From Basidiobolus meristosporus CBS 931.73 (lineage: Eukaryota > Fungi > Basidiobolomycota), in contig MCFE01000248.1 of assembly GCA_002104905.1 (NCBI GenBank), forward strand, positions 1-64,000: 64,000 nt of DNA. The letters run 5' to 3'. A program made the position numbers and the translations under genes. Under the pieces are notes generated by a model. The model saw only the letters and a program-made list of their open reading frames with translations, searched no databases and was not told the origin of the DNA. This document shows positions 1 to 11,924 of the stretch, one piece after another. Within the stretch, counting starts at the first letter, position 1. Each line of letters opens with the position of its first letter.

Positions 1-59
1 TATTGCACTCAGTATCAATCAAGTGCAAACATTTCCAATATATCTGATAGCAAATATTA

Positions 60-300
60 CATACAACCAATAAGCAAGTGCTACTTTGAAGGTATGTTTG
101 ACTATGCCTTTGCCTTGGCATTAGATGGATTTGCATTAAACAGGTACTCTACCAGCAAACCCTGCTTGCCACTGATTTGAATTAACCTGAATCTGCTGCC
201 TGCCCTATTGTATCAGAGCAGAAATCTGATGGTGTCACACTGGTATCTGGCCCTAAATCACATACATGTGTAGATGGTACCTCAACTTTATTTATAATAC
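60..300 (+). pseudogene. CACTA/EnSpm transposase fragment
   Basis: Translates approximately as ALDGFALNRYSTSKPCLPLI*INLNLLP, the Transposase_21-type DGF...P...NLP motif. Clearly homologous to the minus-strand relic at ~8100-8250. Confidence 0.65.
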
Positions 301-470
301 CTACTAGGGCAGGTTATCATTGAATCTTACATTCATGTAGGTGCAATGTCTCAAATACAAGACTGTCTTAAATTTAGATGAATATTGACACAAAAATGAT
401 ATAATAGCAGTACATTGTGGAGTGTCAAACTGTTTGCCCCTTGAACAAAACCACTTTGATTCTACACCAT

Positions 471-1107
471 TGTAGTGAGGTCATAGTGACACCCACTGAC
501 AGAGGTGCTCATTCCCATATTTTCTACTTCCCTATTTGTTTACTACACTTATTTTAGTTTTATCCCATTTGTCTTACTTGATTGGTACTATCCCATAAGC
601 CAGCAGGTTATCACACCTGCTTACCTTATTGCATAAGTTACCCCTCACTTTATGTAAGATTACTAGCTGTAAGTGCTTCTATAATAGGCAAGTACCTGCA
701 CAAGTACCTGTGACACATGGTCAACCCATGGCACCATTCCTATCATTTCTATACCATATATGGTATCTTTATGTTATACACATTTCAGAGTACTGATTCC
801 TGATTGGTTGGATGTGCTGTGCCTCTTAGAACCTTCTGGCACCTACTTGGAACATTCTTACCTCATTCTGATGTCATTAAGATTTCTATTGATCTGCAAA
901 ACCTTCTGTAACACCATGATTAGTAATCACTTAGCCAATGAGAAAAGTACACAAGGGAGGCAACCCCTCAACAATAAATCATCATCCCATTTATCAATAT
1001 ACCAACTTGCTGATTAGTGTGATTATTGCTTCCTGAACTTCCAACCCCAGACCACAGGTCACTCCAGGAAACCACACTGACAGCCAACTGACCTTGGAGG
1101 CACTACT
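471..1107 (+). repeat. Diverged solo LTR related to the Gag-Pro-only element LTR
   Basis: 690-990 aligns by eye with 40350-40660 (ggcaagtacc...gtgacacatg, accatatatggtat, actgattcctgattggtt, attagtaatcactt, caataaatcatc). Starts TGTAGTG with a possible CACTACT end. No TSD found, so the ends are uncertain. Confidence 0.55.
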
Positions 1108-1659
1108 TGTGAGGAATACTCAGAGTAGGTATTGTTTATTATATTTGATTCTTTCCCAAGTTTGTTCTTGTACAGGCAAAGATACTTTTGTGTCTTTGTA
1201 ACTCTTGGCCACAGCTGCATTCTTATTAAGTCCCTGCTGGTGGAGTTTACAGTTCTTATGACTTTGGAAGCTTTAGTACATTGTCATTTCAAAGGATGCT
1301 AAACCCAGCACATACTATTGCTAAGGTGCCAACTAAATTGGGGATTGTAGCTCAATAGTTTTCTTTGACAAACTTGTGGCTTTTTTCCCCTTCACTTTAG
1401 TGTGTAGACAAAACCCAAGTATTCCTAGCAAGCTTTAGCTAGAGGTTATGGCACCCAGTGAACACCCCACACACAAAACACCTGAGAAGTGTTGGACCTA
1501 TCTCTCCCTTGGACTTATACCCTACCACACCATAAGAGAAGTGAAAACAGAGCATGTGGCTATTATAGCAAGCCCCTCAGCTATGAAGCATGCAGCAATC
1601 AGGCCATACTTGTCACCTAGCACAAGCTGAGCTAGGAGAGCTTGTAATGCCTTAAGGGG

Positions 1660-4600
1660 CACCAGAGTCCATCAGGGAGAAGGAATATGTCTGCTAAATA
1701 CCAATAGGATTTTTGCAGATACTCACTATTTAATTTGATATTCACCTAAGCAAGAACCAGAGTGCACCAATAATGGGGACCAGCAACTAGCAGGGAGAAG
1801 GAATATATTGGCAGAATTCCAAGAGGTTTTTGTAGATATTCAAGAGTTATCCATGGCAAGAGTGGTAGCAACCAAGCATATGCTTGTAAGTTGTGTCTGT
1901 CACCAGCAATACAAGGTAAATGGCCACTTTGCAAGTATCACACTAAAAAGCCATAAAGTTTAGGTGATAGCAGTGTGTCAACTGCAGCAGGTGCATGCAT
2001 ATGTAGAGGTTAGTAAGAAGGAGGTCATAGTTTTTATCAATTCAGGCTATATGTGAAATACTCAAAGTTGTACCAAGTAGGCTAATAAAGATGGGTGATT
2101 ATTCAGTAAAATATTTGAATGGCACAAGGGGAGCTAGAAAAAGGAAATACTATTTGGAAAATTGGTATGAAAGCATTATACAAGACTAGCTGTTGGCCAC
2201 TGCACTGCTGTCATAATGCCTTTGGAGGCTCACAATGAGGCCATCAAGACACTTTTACAATCCCAACATAAGATTGTGTAGAGGGTTGTTGATGCCAAGC
2301 TGCCAGCATTATGACAGCCTGCTTGTTGGATCAGCTGATAGGATAGATGCAATGGCCCCACAAAATAAGGAAGTAGCACAGAAACAGGAGGAGTGAAGAA
2401 TACATTTAGTACAATCAGTATCCCATGTAGTGAATTCAGTATTATTACTGCAAAGAAGGAATTTGAGTAACTCAATGGCACAGCCAAGAATTGAGTCATT
2501 TCCTAAAGTAACAACAGAGGAACACTATACAGTCTTTGAAGCACAAATACAGTGTCCAAGGATATAGCCTACAAAAAAATCTATCATAGCATGGGAAGGA
2601 GAGATTGTGGTGATTGTGCCAAAGCCTAAAAATCAAAAGATATTCAAAATGGGTGAAGCTGTTAAGTGCAATGATGAAGAGTGGGCTACTACTTAGGAGG
2701 CCATAAGATGTCTAGCACACAATTACCTTAAGGCCAGTATACCATGGGACCATCTGGAACTTAAGGTCAAGCAGAATGTGCTTTACATGTTCCATTGGCA
2801 TTATCCTGGACTCATATAAGCAAGTGGACTCTGGCTAGCATTAGCACACTGAAAAAGTATCTCAAAAATAGCGGTAACTATCAAAGGCAGAAGATCAAGG
2901 GTGCCATGGCCAAAAACCAGCAGCCTTGTCAAGAGCCTTTATAAGTAAGGCAAAAGCTCTAAACAAGTGTCAAAAGAACATATGGTAGCAGGCCAGATGT
3001 CAACAAGGGACAAGCAAGTCAGCGCAGGTACACCAGCATAATATTTATCAAGAAAGTGTGTAGCTCCATTCAAGAAGCTCTTGGTCAAAATAGCAATGAA
3101 TGACCTGACAGTGATGAGAACTAGCAGCTTCCTTGGGAGCTTGTCAGAATCAGGGCAAAGGAATTTCAGCTTGCTGGAAGAGGGCTGGTAAGGAACAAGA
3201 AGGCAGAAACATATTCTCCATTGCAGCATTTGACAAAGAGAAAACATAGCTCAACAAAAGAAGTACTCAGACAAAGCAGTAGTAGTTAAAGACCTGACAG
3301 TGATGAAGGAAAAGGTAAAGGGAAAAAGTTAACCCAAGCCAGAAACAGGCAAGTGCAAGAAAAAAGCAGCAGTTCCAGCCAATAGATGCCATAAGCCTAG
3401 TTGAAGTTCATCATAGCCAAGAAAAATTACCAAAAAGACAAAAGCTGTTTTTCCAGAGTTGCAAGTGCTACCAGTTGTGCTACAATCCAGTGAGATAAAT
3501 GAGCTTGCAGAGAAGAGCAGTTTGTCTACTGCAGCCTCCACATCCTCCATTGTAGACAGAGTGGAGTTTAAACTGACAGACAAAGCAACAAATCTAAGTA
3601 CTCAAAAGACTATTGCAATGAATATAGCGGAGTTTGGGACAACAACAGACACAGCAAATGGTTGCGGCACTTTTTCAAGAGCAGAGCTCATGGGTACACA
3701 CTTGAATGTTGCAGAGACTGGCAGTTGAAGTGCTACACCTTACAGTGCCAGCTGAAGACCAGGACATGTGGGAGCCAGTGATTGAACAATGGCCTAAAGC
3801 TGTGGGGCTACTGCCAAAGTCATGGGACAAGGTTATTTTGGCAAAAATCTTTATTGAATGGTATATTGTAATTGAGGTACTTGTTGACTGTGAGGTTAAG
3901 CTCAATTTTAGTGTTGGGTATAGGGTCTAGTATAGGTCAGTACAGCTTAAATTGACTTAAAACTGAAGATTCAAAGGAAAAAGCCAATTTTCAAGCATGA
4001 AAGTAAGAGAATTAGTTAGGTCAAGAAGTGAGGATGGTGAAAAAATAAGTTTGTATGCATATACATAAGATATTTAGTGCAGTCAGGAAGTGCAGAGAGG
4101 GAAAAAGAGATAACAGCCAATCCATGTACACAAGCTTAGGAGGTAATTAAGTGTCTTGGATCAAAAAGGGAGAGGATTAGCAGAGAATCAATCAAAAGCT
4201 ACTTATATAATGCTGTGATGAAGTACTTTGGCCAAGTTTTTTATGAAATATAGGGTGCAATTTTCTCTGGATGGTCTTTGAATGGTGCCCTAATGGCACC
4301 AATACCTTTTAGTCACAGGATTTAAGTTTTGTGATGGCCGTTTGATGGGATCATTGCAATTACTTTTCAAAGGGCATATCTCAATCTCATCCAGAATATT
4401 ACCTTGAAGTCTACCATGGATGTGATGAGTTAACACATGGATCATGACCAGGAATAGACAAAATGTACTGAAGACTGATATATGCATGGGGACACCTATG
4501 CCTTTGGCATTAAGAGACTTGACAGCCCCATTTTGTGAGCAATCAGTTATATAAAGCAAGATTGGGCAAGACACAATTTTTATTGCAACTACTCTGCCAA

Positions 4601-5250
4601 AGTATGCCAAATTTCTCCTGGATACAAGCCAATTTATTCACCATCAATATGGAAGTCATACAAGCAGGAAATGGAGCACACCTATAAGAGGGACTAGAGT
4701 CCAGTAGGGAGAAGCAGTATATTGCTCAAGCACCAAAAAGTATTTTGCAGATACTTAAGAGATATTCCAGGCAAACATTAAGGCAACCAGACATATGTCT
4801 GCAAGATATAAAAGTTATTAGCAATACAAGGTAAATTGCACCTCTGCAATGTGATACTGAAAAGCGGTAAAGTTGAGGTGTTAGATGTGTGTCAGTTGCA
4901 TTAGGCATGTGTAAATGCAGTGGTTAACAAGTGGGAAGCCATAGCTTGATTTGATTTAAACTACATGCAGAATATCTGCAGCTGTAGTGGTAAGCTAACA
5001 ACAAGGGGTGATTCTGCAGTGAAATATATGGGTGCTTCACGGGGAGATAGAAAAGAAATATCATATAGTAAACTGGTATGGTAGTGCTTGACAGAAGTCT
5101 GATGTAGGCTGCTGTACTGCTATTATAATGCCAAGAGTTGTTTATGAGAAGGCCATCAAAGCACCGCCAAGTTTCTTGCTGTATCAAGTAAGGGATGTAT
5201 TGGCTGGTTAGGCCTGATGAAGTCAATGTAGAACACTTTAAGACTGTCAA
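1660..5250. repeat. Degenerate unidentified interspersed repeat or decayed TE accessory region
   Basis: 1740-2050 is similar to 6050-6365 and 4700-4930. 3430-4350 is similar to 9870-10700. 2070-2230 is similar to 4985-5250 and 10730-10930. Reading frames are broken and no domain was recognised. Confidence 0.5.
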
Positions 5251-6049
5251 AATGACATGAAGTTGACAAAAGACCCTCTAAAAAAAGTCTAGTTTTTACC
5301 TTTACTTGGCAGTAAAACCAGCAAAACTCCATCACAATCCCATTATGGAAGTGTGTAGAGTGTTTACCTTACTTACTTCTCTTGCTTACTAAGTAAATAC
5401 CAATCATGGTACTCCACAAGGTTCTAGAGATTAATGGAGGTCTTAATGACATCAGAATGAGCTATGAGTGTTATAAACAGGCACCAAAAAGCTTTGAGAG
5501 GCATGGTACAGTCAGTTAATTAAAGATCAGTATTAAGAAGCCTGTGTAATATCAGCATATCCTATATAGGTTGTGAATTTCAGGGATGGTGACACAGTAT
5601 AGGCCATACTTTCATGGGCACTGGTGGAGTATTTGCCAAATATGAATGCACTGACATCCAGTAATCATACTCAAGTCAGTAATAACATATGCAATTAAAT
5701 AAGCAGGCGTGATTGTCAACTTCCTTACAGGATAGTACTGCTCAAGTAGTCAAGTATGACAAAAGTGAAATCTGGAAACAGTCAAATAGGGAAGTAGAAA
5801 TATGGGAGTGATCACATCTCTGAATAATTGGCATTATAACCTCATTACAGTCAACATATAAAGGGATTGGAATTTGCCCAAGAGTAGTGATATATTGGGC
5901 AAGTACCAGAGATTACATAGTGCTATTCAGAAGGTGTTAATTAAGTAAAGAAAAGTTTGGTTTGGTGCAACAAGCCACTATTTTTTATTAGGACTACTTT
6001 ACCAAAGTATGCTAGGTTGCACTTGGCCACAAGCCTGACTCTACACTAT

Positions 6050-6365
6050 TTAATTTGAAATTCACATAAACAAAAACCAGAGTGCACCAGTAATGGGGAC
6101 TAGCAACTAGCAGGGAGAAGGAATATATTGGCAAAATCCCAAGAGGTTTTTGCAGATATTCAAGAGTTATTCATGACAAAAGTGGTGGCAACCAAGCATC
6201 TGTTTGTAAATTGCATATCTTACCAGCAATACAAGGTATATGGCAACTTAGCAGGTATTACACTAAAAAGCTGTATAGTTGAGGTGATCAAAGTATGTCA
6301 CCTGCAGCTGGTGTATGTGTACTTAGTGGTTAATAAGCAGGAGGCCATAGTTCTCTTTGGCTCAG
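6050..6365. repeat. Copy of the unidentified repeat at 1740-2050
   Basis: Shares aaccagagtgcacca...gcaactagcagggagaaggaatatattggca...gatattcaagagttat with 1740-2050. Confidence 0.65.
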
Positions 6366-6639
6366 TAAACTTAGCACTGAATTAGCAACTTGTCTTTAAC
6401 ATCAAGGAAAATGCACTCAATGGCACTTTGTTTTTTCCTCCAATACTCCAAAGCTTCCTCTCCTACATTTTTTGTAGGCTTTGCAATGTGATACCTGCAA
6501 AGTTGTGATATACCTAGTATTGCTGCTTACATATTCATCTTGCAAGGATATAATTAGTGCCACAGCTTTTGCAATTGATTACCCACACATTGAAGCTGCT
6601 TAGCTTCTTAATGCCATAGGCATGGGTGTCTCCAGGTGC

Positions 6640-8990
6640 ACATCTGTCTTCAGTATTTTCCAACCCTGCCCAGCTGTCCTCCATGCATCAACTCATCACA
6701 TGCATGAAGGACTTGAAGGTAATATTATTGATGAGATTGGGATATGGTAGTACCTGCTACTTGACTTGTCTTCCTATCTCCTCCCACATCTGCTCCATAG
6801 GAAACTCCCAAAAGGTGAAGTAAGGTCCAGTGCTCTCAACACACTAAGCAAGAGGGAGTAACAAATAGAGACAGTAGCAGCAGAGATCTACTTGTCCAGC
6901 TTTATGTTTGCAATATAGCTGTGTTACAAGTCTTGGTATAAGAGTTGTAGAGGAATAGGGAGTTTAGCTAGTATTGTATTCACTAAAACTTGAACCAATC
7001 TTTATTGAGGTTCCAGCAGCTCCTTATATACATTTTGCCAGATCAGTTGCTGACTAATTGTATTCCCTAATATAGGTTGTGGCTGATGACTCATTTGATT
7101 GCATCATCATCACCCAATAAGATCCTACTTAATATATCTATTTCTGTTGGATAAGGATCTGCTGATTCATTTGCTGACTAATGCTACTGATTTGATAGAT
7201 AATACTGATATACTGATAACCTAAACATATACTAATTGATTTGACTAAAAACTGATCTAACTCAACCATTCAAGCGGCATATCATAACAGCTGCTCATAT
7301 TCCATCACAAACTCTTTGCACAAACCTGTTGATGCATCACGTTGAAGTTGGTGATCCAGCTTTGGATATGTATTCTTACAATGTCCACATAAAACTCCCA
7401 ATGCTTCCCATGTACTCTTGGTAGTAATGGCTTCCAAAAGCCACTTGAATAAACACATATCCAGTTCATCCAGTCCTTGCACTTGTATTGTTGCATATGC
7501 ATATGAATGCTGATTGGAGCCTGTGAGAAGCACTCAGGGTAGCAGATACTCTGTAATATTTTGCCATTTCTTTCAAATTTCTTGGGTATCCCAAAGGGCT
7601 CATCTAGCTTGGAATGCCCCATCTAAAACTTGGTCATCAGTAGAGGGATATTGTTGAAAAGCAAGTGCATTACCTCTAGAGGAAAGCTTTTGCTCCAACA
7701 TATACCAACCATTTTAAGTATATCTGGTTTTCAATTAATTCCATATTCCAGCCAATGGCTTATAGTTTGCTCACTTTGCAGCAATTGCATGCTGACCTCT
7801 GTATGTTCTCTCTGTGGGAAGATGATGTCCTTAGTGTTGGTGTTTGGGTAATTATTGCATGTGTGAATTATGGAGTAAATCCCCTGGATCTCAAACATTT
7901 GACAGCAATACCATCCAAAGTGTCCAGAAATGCCAGCTATCTTGCTAATGACAAGGTATCTCCAATGCAGATAGTAATGCATGCTTTTACATGATGGCCA
8001 TTTACTGTTATCCTGCTGGAAAGCATACAAAATTTATCCAGCAATGGATACAAGTAGCTCTCCAAATTGGACAGTAATTAAGCAGATAACAGTGAGACTA
8101 CCATCAGATTTCCACTCCTATACCATAAGATATGCAGCAGATTCAGGTTAATGAGAATCAGTGGGTAGCAGGATTTGCTGGTAGAGTACATGTTTAACAA
8201 GAATCCATCAACTGCTCAGGCAAAGACATGGTCATACATACCTTCATAGTAGCCCTTGCTTCTTAGCTGTTTTAATGTTTGCCATTGAACATATCTGATA
8301 AGTTTGTTCTTGATTGATACTGAGTGCAGTACTTAGAAGCTTCACAATATTTGTTGGACTGCATGAGCTTCCTTAGACAGGATATTATTGGAATATATCT
8401 GGAGTCTGCGCAATGTTTTCCCCCAATGGTGTGGATTCCTGACAAGTTGACACCTTGCAACAATTGCAGTATCTGATGTGAACACCATGCAACTGTTTAT
8501 GCATAGTGGTATCAGGATGGTCTCTGGGTCATATGTTGCCAGCTGCATGATGATTTTCCATTTATACTCTGTACAAGTTAAGTTGCATCCTGGAAAGATT
8601 TTGGTTGCATGCAGGTACTATTATTAGGGGAGATAGGCTCACAATCCATCAGTAAAGCATCTTCTTCCAAGCCATCACTCTGCAATCATATTCCAAACAC
8701 TGAGGTGAGCCTAAAAGCATCACAAACTCACATGACTCAGTGTGCCCAAGGTGCCAAGTACAGCCAGATGCCATTGTAGAAGTATCAAGAGGCCGGAAAG
8801 ATATTGTTGGTACAGTAATGACCAATGAATGGTCAAATATGACTTGGGTGGCAAAAACTGGCTGTGATCCTTGTAATACTTCCTATGCCATCTGCATGCT
8901 TTATGGCTTAGAGGCTTGCCACAATAGCCACATGGTTTTTTTTCTCTTCTCTTACGTTGTTGAGTCAAAGTAGTCTTGTCCATGGGGCAA
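6640..8990 (-). pseudogene. CACTA/EnSpm (Transposase_21-type) transposase relic
   Basis: Ordered motifs on the minus strand: N-terminal CGYC, AVDGFLLNMYSTSKSCYPLILINLNL, ISKIAGISGHFGWYCC, VMHLLFNNI, YKCKDWMNWICVYS...HWEFYV, EYEQLY...GPYFTFWEFPME. Many stops and frameshifts; interrupted by a solo LTR. Confidence 0.8.
6922..7289 (-). repeat. Gypsy solo LTR with 4-bp TSD GCTG
   Basis: TGTTACAAG...ATCATAACA, the reverse complement of the LTR at 23359-23727. GCTG lies at 6918-6921 and 7290-7293. Confidence 0.9.
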
Positions 8991-9869
8991 ACAGTTTGAC
9001 CTTCAATAATGTAGTGATATTATATCACTTTTTGGTCAATACTCATGTGAACTTAAGACAGTCCTGTATTTGAGACATTGCACCTACATGAATGTAAGAT
9101 TCAATGATGACCCACCACAGTAAGCATGTTTCATAAAGTTGTGGTACTACATACACATGTATATGTAGCACCATTTCCCCTTTGGTTTGACTAGCCTCCA
9201 TCTATATGCCACCAAAAAATAAAGCAAAGTTGTCTGGTTCCAAACCAAACCCAAATGCTAACAGCAGCAGAAGAACAGTAGGTTAACAGCTTGCTTTGAC
9301 ATTCAGTGCAACAAGTAGAACTACATCTAAAGAAGATCATGTTGATAGTGTACCTGCTGAAGGTGATAATGCAGAATCCTCAGGCTTTCTGCCCAGTAAG
9401 CAAATGAGAGTCTCTGTGGAGCTAAAAGCTGACTGTAATGCTCAGACAGTAAGTACAATAACACCAACCAGAAATAATGTTAATTTTAAGCTGTTGTTAA
9501 AAGTCAAAGGCCAGCATATCATGGAACCAACAAGAATTCAAGGCCTAGCAGAATGTGCTTGACTTGTTCCATGAACACTATCCTGGATCCAACAAGTGGC
9601 AAAGAAACATTTTGGCTCTGGGCATGTGCCTGCAATGGACAAGCAGGTAAAAGCAGATGCACCTGTGCAGCTTTCCTCACGGCAAGAACAACATACAGTG
9701 CAAAAGGTACTCAGTTATAGTAGGAGTCAAATGCCAGGCAGTAATAAAGGATATGGTAAGGAGAAAAAGTGTACCCACGCCAGAGACAGGGAAGTATTAG
9801 AAAAAGCTACAGTTCTTGCCAGTTATCACTGTTGGCCCAGAACAGGCTGAGTCCCATTGTAGCCAAGAG

Positions 9870-10930
9870 TAATTACCAGCAAGACCAAAGCTGTTTTCTC
9901 CAGAGTTGGCAGTGTAGCCAGTTTAGCTACACTCCTGTGAGATAGATGCATTTGCATAGAAATGCAATTTGTCTACCACTGCTTGATTGTCCTTCATTGT
10001 AGACAGAATAAGGATTCCACTGACAGAAAACACAGCAGCATCAAAAGCTCAAAAGACTCTTATAATGCCTGCAGTAGAATTTTGGAGCATTAATAGGCAC
10101 ACCAAGAGGTTGCAGTACTTTTTCAAGAGTAGTGCTCAAGAAAATGCACTTTAATATTACATGGACTTATTGCAAAGATGGGCAGATGGGGTGCTGGACC
10201 TGGCATGTAACAGCTGAAGATCAGGATGCATGGGAACCAGTAAATGAGCAGAGGCATAAAGCCATACAGCTCCCATCAAAGTCATAGAAATGTTACTTGT
10301 TGAGTAAAGGGCTGGGCTTAATGTTTGTGTTGCAAAAAGGTACTTTTATAGGTCAATTTAGTTTGTTATTGAGGTACAACTGAAGTTTCAATGAAAATAA
10401 ATTGATTATTTTAAGAAAAGTGGGAGAACTGGTTGAATCTGGATGTCCACAATATGGAAAAGAGGCAACAGTCAATCAATGTGTACAAATGTAGGAGAAT
10501 GAGTGTCTGAGATTAGTAAGTAAGAGAATTGGCAGAGGATTGATCAAAAGTCACTGATCTATTATTACAACAAAAAATTTTGATTAAGTTATTGTGAAAT
10601 CTAGGGTGCAATTTACCTCAATGCGCTTTGCACAGTGTTCTGATGGTATCAGTACCTCTTAGTTGCAGGACTTCAACTTTGTGATGGCCATTTGACAGGA
10701 TTATCACAGTTATTACTCATAGCAATAGAAGTAGTGGGTAAGCATAAAAATTAGGGTGATTCAGCAGTGTGGTATCTGAATAGAGCAAGGGGAGATAGAA
10801 ACAGGAAGTAACAACTGGCAAACTGATACAGTAGCATTATACAGAACTAGCTGTGAGCTGCAGCACTGCAATTATATTGCCAGCTGATATCTGCCTTCAG
10901 GCTGCTAAAACAACCCCAGGCTTCTCTCCA
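9870..10930. repeat. Diverged copy of the unidentified repeat at 3430-4350 and 4985-5250
   Basis: Shared blocks such as aaagctgttt.tccagagttg, cattgtagacaga, gctgaaga.cagga, agggtgcaattt and ttgtgatggcc.tttga. Confidence 0.5.
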
Positions 10931-10937
10931 TTTATGG

Positions 10938-11303
10938 TGTTATAAGTGTTGATATAAGAGTTGTAGGGTATTAGGGAGTTTAGCTAGTATTATAATCACT
11001 AAAACTTGCTGATCTTTAATGAAGTTCCAGCAGCCCCTTATATACATTTTGCCAGATCAATTGCTGACTAATTGTATGTCTTAATGTGCGCTGTGGCTGA
11101 TGACTCATTTGATTGCATCATCATCACCCAATAAGATCCTACTTTATATATCTATTTCTGTCTGATAAGGATCTGCTGATTCATTTGCTGACTAATGCTA
11201 CTGATTTGATATATAATACTGATATACTGATAACCTAAACATATACTAATTGATTTGACTAAAAACAGAACTAACTCAAACATTCAAGCGGCAGATCATA
11301 AAA
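10938..11303 (-). repeat. Gypsy solo LTR, same family as 6922-7289
   Basis: Near-colinear with 6922-7289. Flanks ATGG/ATGA are a 4-bp TSD with one mismatch. Confidence 0.85.
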
Positions 11304-11924
11304 ATGACATTTTTGTGCAAGGACCAGATAGGTTGACCCAATAAGTGTAAGCTGCAATTGCACCATGCCAATGCCATGTAAATACCAACTAAGTGCTGTT
11401 AAACCTCTATCAGGCTCTCTGCAGGTATATAGAAAATTTGCTTAATTCTAGCTTGTGACATTGAACCAGTAGAGTTCATTTGTTGCACCCTGTCCTTAGA
11501 AGAATGCTTGTGATGTGCCTGTCACAGGGCTATCAAGAGATTTCAATCCTTTGATCAAACAGCAGTGGTGCTACTAGGACACAATGTAAAGATTGCTGAA
11601 AAAAATACGCCTCATATTTCACAAAGCATGGTCAGAACATTGCATTACAATAATAAATAAATGACTTTTATTTGTTCTCTGCCCACTGTATACTCTTTGA
11701 TCCTAGATGCTCAATGATATTGTAAGCTTGTATATAATGATTAGCTATTACTCTTTCTGCACACCCTTTACTTCCTGACTTGAACAATGCTCTCATTTCA
11801 TGCATAGAAGTTGGTTCACTTCAATTGAATCCACAGTTGTCGCTTAGTTGTCAGCAGTACCAACCTATAGAAGTCACTATAACCTACACTAGCATTAAAC
11901 TTGACCTCATGTTGAAGAAGTAAC

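Noticed and set aside
1101-10735. CACTACTT at 1101 and AAGTAGTG at ~10728-10735 as CACTA terminal inverted repeats
   Set aside because: Only 8 bp match, the flanks (AGG/GGT) are not a 3-bp duplication, and the 10730 site lies within an internal repeat module also present at 2070 and 4985.
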